DNA of 64,000 bases, from assembly GCA_964234715.1 (NCBI GenBank), contig OZ174281.1. One strand, 5' to 3'. Shown here piece after piece: positions 13,601 to 24,700 of this stretch (positions are counted from its first letter, which is position 1; each line of letters starts with the position of its first letter). The stretch is from Podarcis melisellensis (lineage: Eukaryota). The notes under the pieces are model-generated. The model was not told where the DNA came from and ran no database searches. It saw only the letters and a program-made list of their open reading frames with translations. Position numbers and translations under genes: made by a program.

Positions 13601-16600
13601 GCTACTGTTCTTATTTGATTGTGATGCATTTTATATGTTTTTTTAAACATTCGTGTATGTATTCATTTTTATGCAGCGTTTTTGAACACTGCCCATGTAT
13701 CTTAACTAGATGTCAGGCTACAAATATTAATAATAATTATAATTTGTAACTAGTGATAAAGTTAGGATGATTGTGTTGCCATTGTTTAGTACTGTTAGGA
13801 ATGATCACTGTGGTTATTAGTTATGTATATTAAGCTTAGCTTTACATAAAATTATCAGGCTATACCCCTTGAACTTATTTATTACATTTTTCCTGCCCTT
13901 CCTCCCATGGCCAATTATCTCCACCGCGTACAATTTGTTTCTCAGTAGCCCTGTACACATACTGGATAACACTTCAGGCACCTGATCGACTGGGGCCTAG
14001 TCCACAAAAATGTACACTATAATAAATCTGAGTAGACCTATTGAAATCAGTCCATTGATTTCAGTATGACTGACTTTATGTCCATGATGCCATATGTCCA
14101 TGATGTCAATTGAACATGTATTTATTGAAAGAGTTGCTGCTAGTTTGCTGCATCTTATCAGGTGGCAAAAATACTTACATTTTGCCTGAGCTGTTAGTGA
14201 CTGCAGTGTTTCTTACACAGGAGCGCTCAAAAGAAGATGACAGTCTGGAATCTTTATTGGACAATGTTGTTGGACTTCGGCAGATGCTGGAATCTGCTGG
14301 CGATCCTTGTCCACTGAGTGATCAAGATGTAGAGCCAATCCTTCCTGTACCAGAATCTCTCCAGCATCTTTTTAATAATAGGTAAAGTGCTGAATGTGCA
14401 TCTGTGTCTGTGAAGAACTAGAATCTCTGAAAACCAGGTGTGTGTGGTGGTATATTTGGGACCGTGTTTAACTTCATGCATTTATCTTTATGGGCTGTAT
14501 GCATTACAACAGAGACTACCCAGTTCTCTTGTCTCAGTCCATCACCACACCTCCTTCTCCCCCCCCCCCCGCAAATGATAGGTTGAGGTTCTGAGAGTTG
14601 CCCAATTCTTTCAAGATCTTGTGACACAAGTATTGCACAAGTATGATGGATGTGCTTCTTTGTCAATTGTGATCTCTCCCCTTCTTTTTGTCAACATTGC
14701 TAATCCTTTTTCTGATCCTTCTTTATTTGGAAATAATAGGCGTTGAGTAGTCCAGCTTTCCTTTTATCATTGATCAGTGTCTTTCTTGAACAAAGCATAG
14801 ACTCAATGTGTCCTTTTCGTTTGTCTTGTTTTAAACATACATAAAATTGTTTTCAACTTCCTCACCATTACTTATCACAGTTTGGTTTATCACAGTGTTG
14901 ATTGTGGACAGTGTCCCTGGACAGATAGAAGGACAGGGCGTATGTTTTTAAAATAACAAAATAGATAGTGTACCAATTGCTAAACAAAATACAGACGTGG
15001 TACGGTCCCTGTCCTAGAAGGCTGTCAGGCTGTTTTTGATGACACAGGAAAGTAAAGTGCTTGATAGACATTGCAAAGAATAGGAGACAAGAGCACCTGG
15101 TCATAGCAGAGGTTCAAGCCATGTTCTCCATTGGGCATTAGGATGCTCCAAGTGGGATTGTGTTCTTGAAGAAGGAGGTGGTGAAGCCATGGCCCTTTAG
15201 GAAATGTTTTATTGGAGGAGTGGGTGATGAATACCAGTGGGTAATATTTATTTCATATGGAGACAGCGAACACTGACCGCTATTTTTTTAAAAATACATT
15301 TGATATTACAGGACTGCATACATCTTGGCAGATGTCATGGATGACCAGCTGAAATCTATGTGGTTCTCACCATTCCAGGCTGAAGAAATTGAAACTGACC
15401 CTGACATGGTAAAAGTCTTGAGTTTTTAATACTTGAATGAGTGGGAACTGGAGCATTTATAGCTTAATTGTCAGCAGTATTTTTGAGACCCCATTCATAG
15501 TGTAAGCAACAAAGAGGAATGTTAGGAATGTAGACAGATAAAAATGGGCTACTCATTTAGCAGCAGCCTTCTAAAAGTGTTTCCTGTTTGGGGATGCTGA
15601 CAGTTGTCTGGGGGAATGATTAAAGTGGAATGAATTTCTCACTCTTACAGGTAAAGGTTGACTTAATTGAACTGTCAGAAAAAGGATGCAGTGACTTCGA
15701 CCTGCAGGCGGAGCTGGAGAGGTCGTTTTTGACAGAGCCTACTTCTCCGGGTCGGACAAAAACCACAAAAGGCTTTAAACTTGGCAAACACAAGCACGAG
15801 ACGTTTATAACTTCCAGGTAACCAGTGGTTTTGATTGTGACTGTGTACCTAAAGGTGGATTTTGATTTTGCCACTGCATTGGTGATATATTTGTAATCAC
15901 GGCATAGTGGGATCCAAGTAGATTTGAGTCACTTGAAAGGGTCCCGCCTACAAGTTGTTCTGCTGCAGCACTCTCTTTGAAAACCAAAATTTAAAAAAAT
16001 AGATTTTACATGAACAGATTTTGCTGGTGCAAGGGAAGGGAGTGGAGGAGGAATGGCTTCTGTGAACGATAGAACTAACATGGGTTATAAAAGGCAGAAT
16101 CCAGTTCTACCCAGAAGAAATTTAAAAGAGCCTGGGTTGGAAAAAAGCATCTTACATCCTCTATAATGCTGCAGACAGGTGTGCCCGAGCAAAAACAAGA
16201 AAATTGACTGTGATAGGAACCTTAGAAGGCAACACCTTTTTGCATATTGTGCCATGTAATAAGGTAGTACACATAAAGGAAGGGATCTCTTCTTCTCAGA
16301 AGCCCGCCTTCATCCTAGAAAGTGGCTTAAGTAACTTAACTCCTGGAGCCAAGGGATGAGGGCATCAAAACTAAATTCTTAAGTCACAAATGGGCAACCT
16401 TCAGCTCAGGTGCCACATGGGGTCCTTGAACCTCTTGAAATTGCCCCCTTTCCCCATCCCATCACAGTTACTTCCTTTCATCTTGTCCTTTTTACCCATG
16501 GATTTTTAAGTGGTCTATCCTCATTCCTATGTAGTTTCCGAGCAATTGGAAGGGGCAGAATTGTATTTGATAAAAAATTGTTTTTGACTTATTTCATGGT

Positions 16601-19600
16601 TGGCATGGCTTGGGGAAAAGAATAGTTTCCCTCCCAGCTGCCTGAGAACAAACTGTTAGGCTTCTGCCGTATATGTATATGGGAGAGAGTGGGTTAGCAT
16701 GGAACACCATGCCAAACTATACCTTAGCTTAATGTTGGTTTTCTACAGAGGAGGTTATGGCCTCTGAGGTCCTCTTCTTTCTGCTGCTGTGATGTGATTT
16801 GGCTCACCACGTTGTCTGAACCCGGTTTCTTGGTTTGTCTAGCTCCAGACAAACCACAAACCTGGGTTTGGAGAAGAAACTAGCCCAACCATGGCTTTGC
16901 TTGCAGCAGAACAAGGGGAGGTGCATATTGGCTGTGATCTTTTCTTTCTCAAGTTTGACACTTGTGTGATTGCACTAAGCCACTGGTCTTCAGCTGGTGG
17001 GTCAGAACCTACTAGTAGGTCACAAGACCTGTTCCAAGGTGGATTGCAACAGGTGCATTGCCACCATGCAGATAAATACATGGTGAATAATTAAGAAATG
17101 TGTCCCCAAGTGCATGTTTGGGTGCAAAATGCGTCCTGGGTTTGAAAAGGTTGAAGATACCTGCACTAAGCCATAGTTCGGCTTAGCCTTATGTGTGAAC
17201 TAGATCAGAAAGAGAGGTTATTCACAAAGAAATTACTTTTAATTTCCAGAAGAGTCATGCTGTACTAAAAACATCCTCTATATACTAATATGAGAGTAAC
17301 TCTGTCAAATCTAATCTGGCTACCTCGAATCTGAAAATTTAAAAATTGAAAATTGAAGAAGGGATGTCTTTATTCCAAATTATTCAATCCAGAACGTCTT
17401 TGTCTGTGCCTATCATTGGTTCAAGCTCCAGCAACCACCATGCCGTTTGGATTAATTGCCACTAAAATTTTTGACTGAACAACTAACACTAATGCAGATG
17501 AATAGCGAGAGACAGGATAAGGGCTTAGAAAGGATAGGAGAAAGAGACCTATTTGCAAACGGCACGTCCGTATGGTTTTTCTAGCTTGTGAAGTATTGGA
17601 AAAGGTTCACATTCTCCTGTATACATTAATACCTGTGTCCTGCTAAACCAAAAATTGCTTGTTAATGAATTTACCATGCAAAATTTCTGGGCCTTAACAG
17701 TGGGAAGTCTGAATACATCGAACCTGCCAAGAGGGCCCATATTGTGCCTCCTCCGAGAGGAAGAGGCAGGGGAGCATTTGGCCAAGGCATTCGGCCCCAC
17801 GATATCTTCCGTCAGAGGAAGCAGAACACAAGCAGGCCGCCCTCTATGCACGTTGACGACTTTGTGGCTGCCGAGAGCAAGGAAGTGGTTCCACCAGATG
17901 GGATACAGCCTCCCAAGAGACTGCCTAAAGTTTCACAGAAGATTTCTTCACGGGGCGGGTTCTCAGGGAATCGAGGAGGGCGAGGAGCCTTTCACAGTCC
18001 AAACAGATTCTTCACGCCACCTGCTTCGAAAGGTAGGTTTTCTGGTCCACCTGAAATATGTGAGCTTTATGCCTTCTGGAGGACAGATTTGAGGTTCAGC
18101 GTGTTCCTTAAAGCGAAGTTAGTTGTAGCACTTCTGCTACTATTCACCATTGCAGCTATCTTTTTGGGGGTTTGGAGTCATGGAATTGTAGAGTTGGAAG
18201 GGATCTTGAGGATCATCTAGTCCAACCCCTTGCAATACAGGAATATGCAGCTGTCCTTTACAGGGATTGAACCTGCAACCTTGGCGTTATCAGCACCATC
18301 CACCCAGCTGAGCTATCTTTGCAGTAAACTTTGTCCACAAAGGATGCAATCTCAGGTTTTGGCCTTCTAGCCACTGCCCCCTACAAACTGAGATGTTGTA
18401 AAAAAAAAGTTTGACGTTCTTTGATTCTCCAAACAGACCTGTTGCTGTCCCCATTTTACAGATGGGGAATTGAGAGGTAGAAGGAATGGCTTGTTCAAGA
18501 CTGATAAATTTAGAACTTGGACCTCTCAAACTAGTGTCCCGTAATCTGGCTGCCTGGCTAAGCTAGGTGCTACCTTCCATCCAGCATATATGAAGCCTTT
18601 CAACTCAGATTGTGGAGCTGAATATTTAGAAACAAAGGCAATTCACAAATGGCTTATTTGTTGTGCTTTTTCATTTAGGAAATTACAGTCGCCGTGAAGG
18701 AGCTAGAGGATCAAGCTGGAGTGCACAGAGTTCTCCACGAGGCACCTACAATGAAAGCAGAGGCGGCCAAAGCAACTTCAACAGGGGCCCACTTCCACCT
18801 CTAAGGCCGTTAAGTTCAGCAGGTTTGTGGTTTCCCTCCCCTCACAATACTTCGTTGAAATTATATGCACAATCAGTTCAACCAGTGGTATTTTTCTTCA
18901 GTTTTGATTTATGGCACTTATTTCCTTCCTTTCTGTTTTACATAAAGCACCAAAAGACACCTTAAAAATTAAGTCAAAAATAATAAAATAGCTAAATGCA
19001 AACTCAAAAGAGACTGGATCCTCAGACAAAAATGTCACTTTTAAAAGTTGGTCAACAATTATGGGAGTTGTAGCAATATTTAGAGGGCCACAGGTTCCCT
19101 GTTCCTGCTTTATTGCATTTATATACTCTGTTTGCTAAGCATGGATTACAACTGAAAGCAAAATAAACAGTTCAAAATATAGATTTTTGGGGGTGGGGTG
19201 GGGGGAGAGTTTCAGGCTGCTGATGTCCCTTCATGAGCTAATGACCTGATCTGCTTTGCATGGGCTTTTGATTCTGGGGTTGATCCACTGAAGGATAATT
19301 TTCATGTTTTACTTGCCAATTGATGAAACTATTGCATTGTAAATAAGTGTACATGTATGATGAAGAATACCAAAAGGTTGTGCTGTTCATTTTGATCTAT
19401 GATCTGCAGTCTTAGCAAGATTAAATATATCACATATTTCCAGCCTGATTTTATAATAGAATCAGAGATGGAAGGGAACCTGAGGGTCATCTATGCAGGA
19501 ATCTCAGCTAAAGTGTCCATGACAGATGGTCATCCCACCTTAATGAGGCTTGCTCAGTAGTAAGCCTTAATTAATGAAGCTTACGTGAAACTAGGTGTGC

Positions 19601-19991
19601 TTAGGATTCTAGTATTAATAGGTTTGCCTCGGTGTCTGTTGTATAGTAAGCAAAAAACCTGGCCATTATGATGACTATACATTGTTGGTTAAATGTATAT
19701 TGAGTTGTTCTGTATTAATATTATAGGTTGGAGGCTGTTTCTAAAGGCTTCAGTATAGTTGCAATGCATAATTTGGCCCTTATTGTAGGAATCATCACTG
19801 TACTGTTACCAGTTATCTCTCTCTTTTTTTAAGGCTACCGGCCAAGTCCTCGTGATCGTGCTTCCAGAGGCCGTGGCGGAATTGGGCCATCTTGGGCAAG
19901 CACAAATAGCGGCAGTAGTGGTGGCTCAAGAGGAAAGTTTGTTGGCGGAGGCAGCGGAAGAGGGCGTCATGTCCGCTCTTTTACTCGATAA
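468..19991 (+). CDS. VIRMA: VIRMA (KIAA1429, virilizer homolog), 3' 17 coding exons; 5' exons lie upstream of the window
   Basis: Exons 468-1617, 2175-2666, 3839-3993, 6035-6117, 7112-7205, 7549-8093, 8579-8814, 10128-10380, 11727-11944, 12673-12805, 13376-13528, 14221-14381, 15312-15408, 15651-15817, 17701-18032, 18679-18822, 19834-19991. All junctions are AG/GT and phase-consistent. Peptides GDDGYEQISSDEDG, RQRKQNTSRPPSMHVDDF and the C-terminus GRGRHVRSFTR* are recognisable VIRMA. Confidence 0.97.
2175..2666 (+). CDS. VIRMA: VIRMA exon
   Basis: ccag|GTACCTT...TTAGG|gtaatt; YLHNHNFLES...SKEALG. Confidence 0.95.
3839..3993 (+). CDS. VIRMA: VIRMA exon
   Basis: DSKSKKSVAYNYAC...NTKLQ; AG/GT flanks. 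Confidence 0.93.
5216..5530 (-). mobile_element. L2/CR1-clade LINE 3' fragment
   Basis: Minus-strand ...AFSVVAPALWNALPSDVK...FRRHLKAAL, typical of an L2 RT C-terminus; abuts an N gap. Confidence 0.75.
6035..6117 (+). CDS. VIRMA: VIRMA exon
   Basis: ELGKWLEPLKTLRFEINCIPNLIEYIKQ; ttag|...|gttagt. Confidence 0.92.
7112..7205 (+). CDS. VIRMA: VIRMA exon
   Basis: NIDSLMTQEGVGLPTALRVLCHIACPPPPVE; AG/GT flanks. Confidence 0.92.
7549..8093 (+). CDS. VIRMA: VIRMA exon
   Basis: GQQKDLKWNLAVIQ...LPLPLPMQTTQ|gtatgt. Confidence 0.95.
8579..8814 (+). CDS. VIRMA: VIRMA exon
   Basis: VIEPHDISVALNTRKLWSMHLH...VEDLQ. Confidence 0.94.
9356..9520. mobile_element. Tc1/mariner-pogo (Tigger-like) MITE
   Basis: TA|CAGTGGTAGCTCGGGTTA ... 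TAACCTGAGGTACCACTG|TA. Confidence 0.8.
9576..9906. mobile_element. Tigger-like MITE, right end lost in an N gap
   Basis: TA|CAGTGGTGCCCTGCAAGACGAA ... TTCGTCTAGCGAG[N]; internal repeats GCTTCGCAAGACGAAAAAA and AAGCCGCT. Confidence 0.7.
10128..10380 (+). CDS. VIRMA: VIRMA exon
   Basis: NPEDKEKQYTGQTTRLLALLDALASHKACK...LQSLCDQ|gtattt. Confidence 0.92.
11258..11507. mobile_element. hAT-like MITE
   Basis: CAGGGGTCAGCAA ... TTGCCTACCCATG; GCTTAACA repeated at both ends; closely similar copy at 36543-36792. Confidence 0.75.
11727..11944 (+). CDS. VIRMA: VIRMA exon
   Basis: DIALVLPSS...EHDYGFYHLK. Confidence 0.93.
12673..12805 (+). CDS. VIRMA: VIRMA exon
   Basis: SLRKHCGALHTGLKRVVSSFNKDPGELASSFLDFLRQILNSDTL|gtgagt. 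Confidence 0.92.
13376..13528 (+). CDS. VIRMA: VIRMA exon
   Basis: GCCGDDGSLAEVDGAHPART...LELEKLVL|gtaatg. Confidence 0.92.
14221..14381 (+). CDS. VIRMA: VIRMA exon
   Basis: ERSKEDDSLESLLDNVVGL...LQHLFNNR. Confidence 0.93.
15312..15408 (+). CDS. VIRMA: VIRMA exon
   Basis: TAYILADVMDDQLKSMWFSPFQAEEIETDPDM|gtaaaa. Confidence 0.93.
15651..15817 (+). CDS. VIRMA: VIRMA exon
   Basis: VKVDLIELSEK...KLGKHKHETFITS. Confidence 0.94.
17701..18032 (+). CDS. VIRMA: VIRMA exon (RGG-rich region)
   Basis: GKSEYIEPAKRAHIVPPPRGRGRG...FFTPPASK|gtaggt. Confidence 0.95.
18177..18316 (-). mobile_element. Short tRNA-derived SINE with CR1-like 3' tail
   Basis: Minus strand has a tRNA-like head (...GGTGCTGATAACGCCAAGGTTGCAGGTTCAATCCC) followed by a CR1-type tail GGTTGGACTAGATGATC...CCCTTCCAACTC; second copy at 56990-57118. 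Confidence 0.65.
18679..18822 (+). CDS. VIRMA: VIRMA penultimate exon
   Basis: GNYSRREGARGSSW...PLRPLSSA. Confidence 0.94.
19834..19991 (+). CDS. VIRMA: VIRMA last coding exon
   Basis: GYRPSPRDRASRGRGG...GRGRHVRSFTR-TAA. Confidence 0.95.
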
Positions 19992-20159
19992 ACACACCAT
20001 TGAGAACATTCTGACTGTGAACCTTTCAACATGATGGCAAATTGCTTGAGTGCTTGAGGACCAACGCTAGACTTACTGGTATCAGGGGGGCAGAAAAGAG
20101 ACTTTTTTTTTTAGTTTGGAAAAAAATCCCATTTTGTTTGATACAAGATCTGAGGTTTC

Positions 20160-20165
20160 AATAAA
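20160..20165 (+). terminator. VIRMA polyadenylation signal AATAAA
   Basis: AATAAA about 170 nt after the stop codon, followed by a T/GT-rich downstream element. Confidence 0.7.
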
Positions 20166-20989
20166 ACTGTTTTTTTGTGTTAGTGTGTGTGTGTTTATAG
20201 TAGCCTATGCTTTTATGGTACTTATGCCAGAAATACAAGTTTAGATTTGGTTTTAACAGTCTTGCAACTGGGGTAAGTAGAACCAGCCATTCCAAGGCAA
20301 CAATGTTTTATTTAACAGTTTATATCCCACTTGATCGTAAAACAACCACCTCTAAGCTGTTGACAAAAATATAAAGTAAAACAATTTTTGAAAAACAGGT
20401 ATTTAAAAGCATCTGTTAAAAAATGATTAAAATCAACAGTCACTGCTTCTATGAAAATGTTTAATAGTGGAGCCATGCATGTAGCTGCCTGAGCAGCAGT
20501 TGTTTTCCTTTGCATGTATTTTCCATCTCTGCGTATAGTGTGCACTCTTACCAAATATCTGAGTCCTTAACTTCAAGAATACATAATCTGTAAGCTTTCA
20601 CTTCTATATATACATACACCCACACACAACACGCATATGTTATATTAGTTTTATTAGGTCAATTCATTTCGTAGGATACCATAGCCAATGGTATGGGCCA
20701 TCTCTTGTCAGCTGACACAAGCAGGAGCAAAGGCTTGTGGGAAGTTGGTCCATTTCTCTCAGGTTTTTCCCCTGCCTGATGCAGCCGTACGTTCCTCCTT
20801 GGCTCTCCTGGCTTAAGCCAAGTTTCATTAGATTCCTTCATTTTTCTATTTGCTTCTTTTTTGTTTCTTCTCCTGAGTACACATAACTTTGTTCTCTCCC
20901 TACCCCTCCTTCAGATCTTTTTATTATTATTATTCCTAAGAGTAAAACTGAAAAATAGTAAAACCATAGGACAGGAATAAACTGAAAAA

Positions 20990-21420
20990 AATAACTGAAA
21001 TAAACCGCTAAGCTAAAAACAGACCAAAATGTTAACTCCTTCATGTCTGGAAAAACTTGCCTGAACAAAAATGTTTTAGCAGACACTGGAAAAAGTGCAG
21101 TGAAGGTGCTTGCCTGATGTCAATAGATATGGAGTTCAAAGTCTGGGTGCTGCCATACAAAAAGAGCTTTTTTTACAAGTGTGGTGCGCCTGTAATAGTG
21201 CCAGTGCTGCAAATCAAATTGACTGAATAGAAATATATGGGGTAAGGCAATTCCTGAAGTAAACTGTTTCTAACTGTTAAGGGCTTAATATACGAATGCT
21301 AACAGCTTGAAGTTGGTTCGGTAACAAACCTGCAATCAGTGCAGATCTCTGAGTGGAGGTGTTATCTGCTGACAGAATCTCATTGCTGTCAGCAGGTGGC
21401 CTGCAGCATTCTGCACTAAT
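20990..21420 (-). mobile_element. Degenerate L2-like LINE 3' fragment (boundaries approximate)
   Basis: Minus-strand frame ...AKTFLFRQVF resembles an L2 RT C-terminus. Confidence 0.45.
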
Positions 21421-21506
21421 TGTCAGTTGCCAGATCCAGCAAATGGAAGCACCACATAAAGCAGACTGCAGTAATCTAATCTTAAAAAAATAGCCACCTA
21501 TGGCTT

Positions 21507-21713
21507 TCACTTCATGCTTTCCAGTCGGGTCAGAGGTCGAACATGTGTTGCTTTCTTGCTTCCATCCCTAGTCAACCGACAGTCTTCCTGGAGAGTCTTC
21601 ACTAACTCCAGTAATTCTAGCTTTTCAAGCTGTGCCTGCTCCAGTTCTTGGTGATGCTGCCTCTCTGTTGCCAGCAGGGTACGCATGTCAGACGACATCC
21701 TGGACATCTGGCT
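21507..21713 (-). CDS. RNF41/RNF151-like last coding exon
   Basis: ttttcag|SQMSRMSSDMRTLLATERQHHQELEQAQLEKLEL...ESMK-TGA. Confidence 0.85.
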   Translation of the reverse strand, partial: SQMSRMSSDMRTLLATERQHHQELEQAQLEKLELLELVKTLQEDCRLTRDGSKKATHVRPLTRLESMK

Positions 21714-24700
21714 CTGAAAAGCGTAAGAGAGTTTTTCAAGTGTTGCATTGGGACTGCCTGTTAACAGTTAGATGCTCACAATTTCCTATCTATTACATTT
21801 GTTTCTTCCCCTTCCTCCAAGGACCTGAGGGTAGCATACAGATAACGAAAGCCTAGATTTCATGGATCTGCCCCTTTCAGGTATCCAGACTGCTGCAAAA
21901 CAGATCTGTTTCTGCCCGCTCTCCAAGGCAAGGGAAAGAGGCTGCATTGTCCTGGAATGACTTGGGCCCAGACCCAAATGCTTCTGTACCCAGAGTTTAA
22001 AGGTAAAGGGACCCCTGACCGTTGGGTCCTGTCGTGACCGACTCTGGGGTTGCGGCGCTCATCTCGCTTTATTGGCCGAGGGAGCCAACGTACAGCTTCC
22101 GGATCATGTGGCCAGCATGACGAAGCCGCTTCTGGCAAACCAGAGCAGCGCACAGAAATGTCATTTACCTTCCCACCAGAGCGGTACCTATTTATCTACT
22201 TGCGCTTTGACGTGCTTTCGAGGGTAAAGCAAAATGTGCATGGGCATTCTGAGGGCTATTGCAATGATTATGCTCTCCCTGTTATCCCAGTAAATTTGGG
22301 GAAAGATAACTCAGCAGGTGGGGGATGTGTGGTAGGGAAGACTCTTCTAGGCCAACTTGGAAGTAATCTGATTTTTATTAATGGTCCATCTCCAAATTAA
22401 TATAATATTAATGGGACTGGAGGAAGTTTGCCAGTCACCAATAGCAATGCTTCCTTGCCTATGCAAATTGTAGTTAAAATACCTGCTGCTGAAACCATTG
22501 GTTCTAAGATAGATGCTGTAGGTGAGACTTCCCCAATTTGATGCTCCCCAGCTGTTGTTGGACTTCAACTCCCATCAGTCCCAGCTGGCTTGGCCAGTGA
22601 GTGATGATGGGAATTTTAGTCCAAATTACCCGGATAACACAAGGTTGGGGAAGGTAGGTGTCAGGTGCTACCCTCTGGAAACTGAACAAGAGTACAGCAT
22701 AGAATAAAGCTGTCAGGAATACCAATTCACCAGAGACAACGTTTCAAGGGAGGGAGATGACCTTGTAGCTAAGGGCAATACAATCTGTTTACCTTTAGCT
22801 CTTCAATCTGATTTTGCAAAAAACTCTCCTTTTGCACCATATGCTTCCTTTGAGAATCTAGTCGAGATTCCATCTCATGTTTTGCCTCTTCCATCTGGCA
22901 GATCATCTCTGACCTTAAAAAACAAAACACTTTTCATTACTCAGCCTATCTGTCTTTAATCTGAATACACAGGAAACTTGAAACGTACGCGCATTCAGTT
23001 TTATGCGCTTGGCAATTATTATTTTTAAAAGGGGGCGAATGTCTGGGGGAAAACAGACTGTGGCAATCCCTCCCGCCATTGTCTTATCTTACTGTTCATC
23101 CTGCTTTAATTCTGAAAAGGATTGCTTGGACTGAAACAAACAACATGCACCTGTTCGTATGTAAGCTAAGTTAATACGCTGATTTGTTTCCGCTTGGGAG
23201 GAGGGCAGCTGGTGCAGCCGAACAGTGTGGACCAGCAAAGTGATCATTCACAAAAAGAGATGGTTTGTTTTAGATTGGGACTTACCATTATACAGGGCCA
23301 CTAATTAACAGGAAGTAGTGTTTAATCCATCGGTTTTGTGCTAATAATTCTGTAAGTCACAAACAATATCTGTTTTTTTAATCCTCCATCTGTTTTATGC
23401 CATATCTGCATCTTCCTTTGGCCCAAGATAAACATCTCATTTTAACAGCCCCAGCTTCACTCACATGGGCAGATCCCATAAGCTAGTACTGGCAAAGAAG
23501 CTTTTCATTTATGATTAACTTTGGTTTCAGGTTACCACCAAGCAGCGCACGAGCTTATGTTACACAAAAAAGATGTCAACAAATCTGTTATTTCAATCAA
23601 ATCAGGATGATAGAATACCAGGTGTAACTCGGGTGGGAAGATAGGAGGAAGAGATGGTGATGGCAATAGAAGCAATTTGCCAAGTTACCAAATTGGTTTC
23701 CTGAGCACCCAGGAAATTGCAGCAATATTGAAGAACAGCCCCCTTGTGTATGTTTTAGAGAGATGGGCAAAATATTTAAGTGTCAGTTCATGCTTTAGGC
23801 ATGGCCACACTTGGCCTTCCAGATGTTTTGGGACCACAACTCCCATCATCCCTAGCTAACAGGACCAGCGGTCAGGGATGATGGGAATTGTAGTCCGCAA
23901 ACATCTGGAGGGCCAAGTCAATCCATGAGCAGCCAAGGTAAGGGGAAGAATAGCTTTACCTGAGCAGTTCGAGTTCTGTTCTCAGCTCTGCCACACAGTT
24001 ATGTTGCGCATCGTCAGCACTGAGGATGGCATACCCACAGCCTTTGGGGCACTCGCGGCTCCTGTATTCGCACACTGCCAAGTGGCTGTCTAGGTTACGT
24101 CTTTCAACCCGAGCTGGGCAACCTGATTGGAAAGCAGAAGATTGGAGGAAGTGCAACAGAGAGAGAGAATTATTTCATTTCCCCCATAATCTTCTGACAT
24201 GGAGACCCCAGAGAGGTCACTTCAGTGCTGTTAATGCAGCAAAAACAATGTGGAAGGCAGCAGTGACAAGCTACTAGTTTCTGCAGTCCCTGTGATTCTC
24301 CAGCAGTTTGACTTACCCCTAGAGGTACACTCCATTGTCTCTCAAGACAGAAGGATGCTAACAACAGCACCACCACCACTCTTGAGGAATCTAGGTTAGT
24401 GTTTCCTATTGTGTGCAGGTACAAGGATTCTCCAAAGGGGCAATGGCACATCAGCGGTCTTTGAGTTCCCCAAACACCATCACTGAATCCATACTTTGCT
24501 TTGGCTAGTGTTGGCAATAGGTAGAAATGGAACAGGAAGGGATGTTCACACAGGAAAAGAAACCGAGAAGGCCCACTCTGCAACAACCACTAACTCTGAA
24601 TTCCCTTTAGTCTACATTCCAGAACCGTGGGACTGAATTCAGGTGAAAACGGAGATCTACCATCTGTTTGAAAGATAACCATCTCTGCATTCTACCTACC

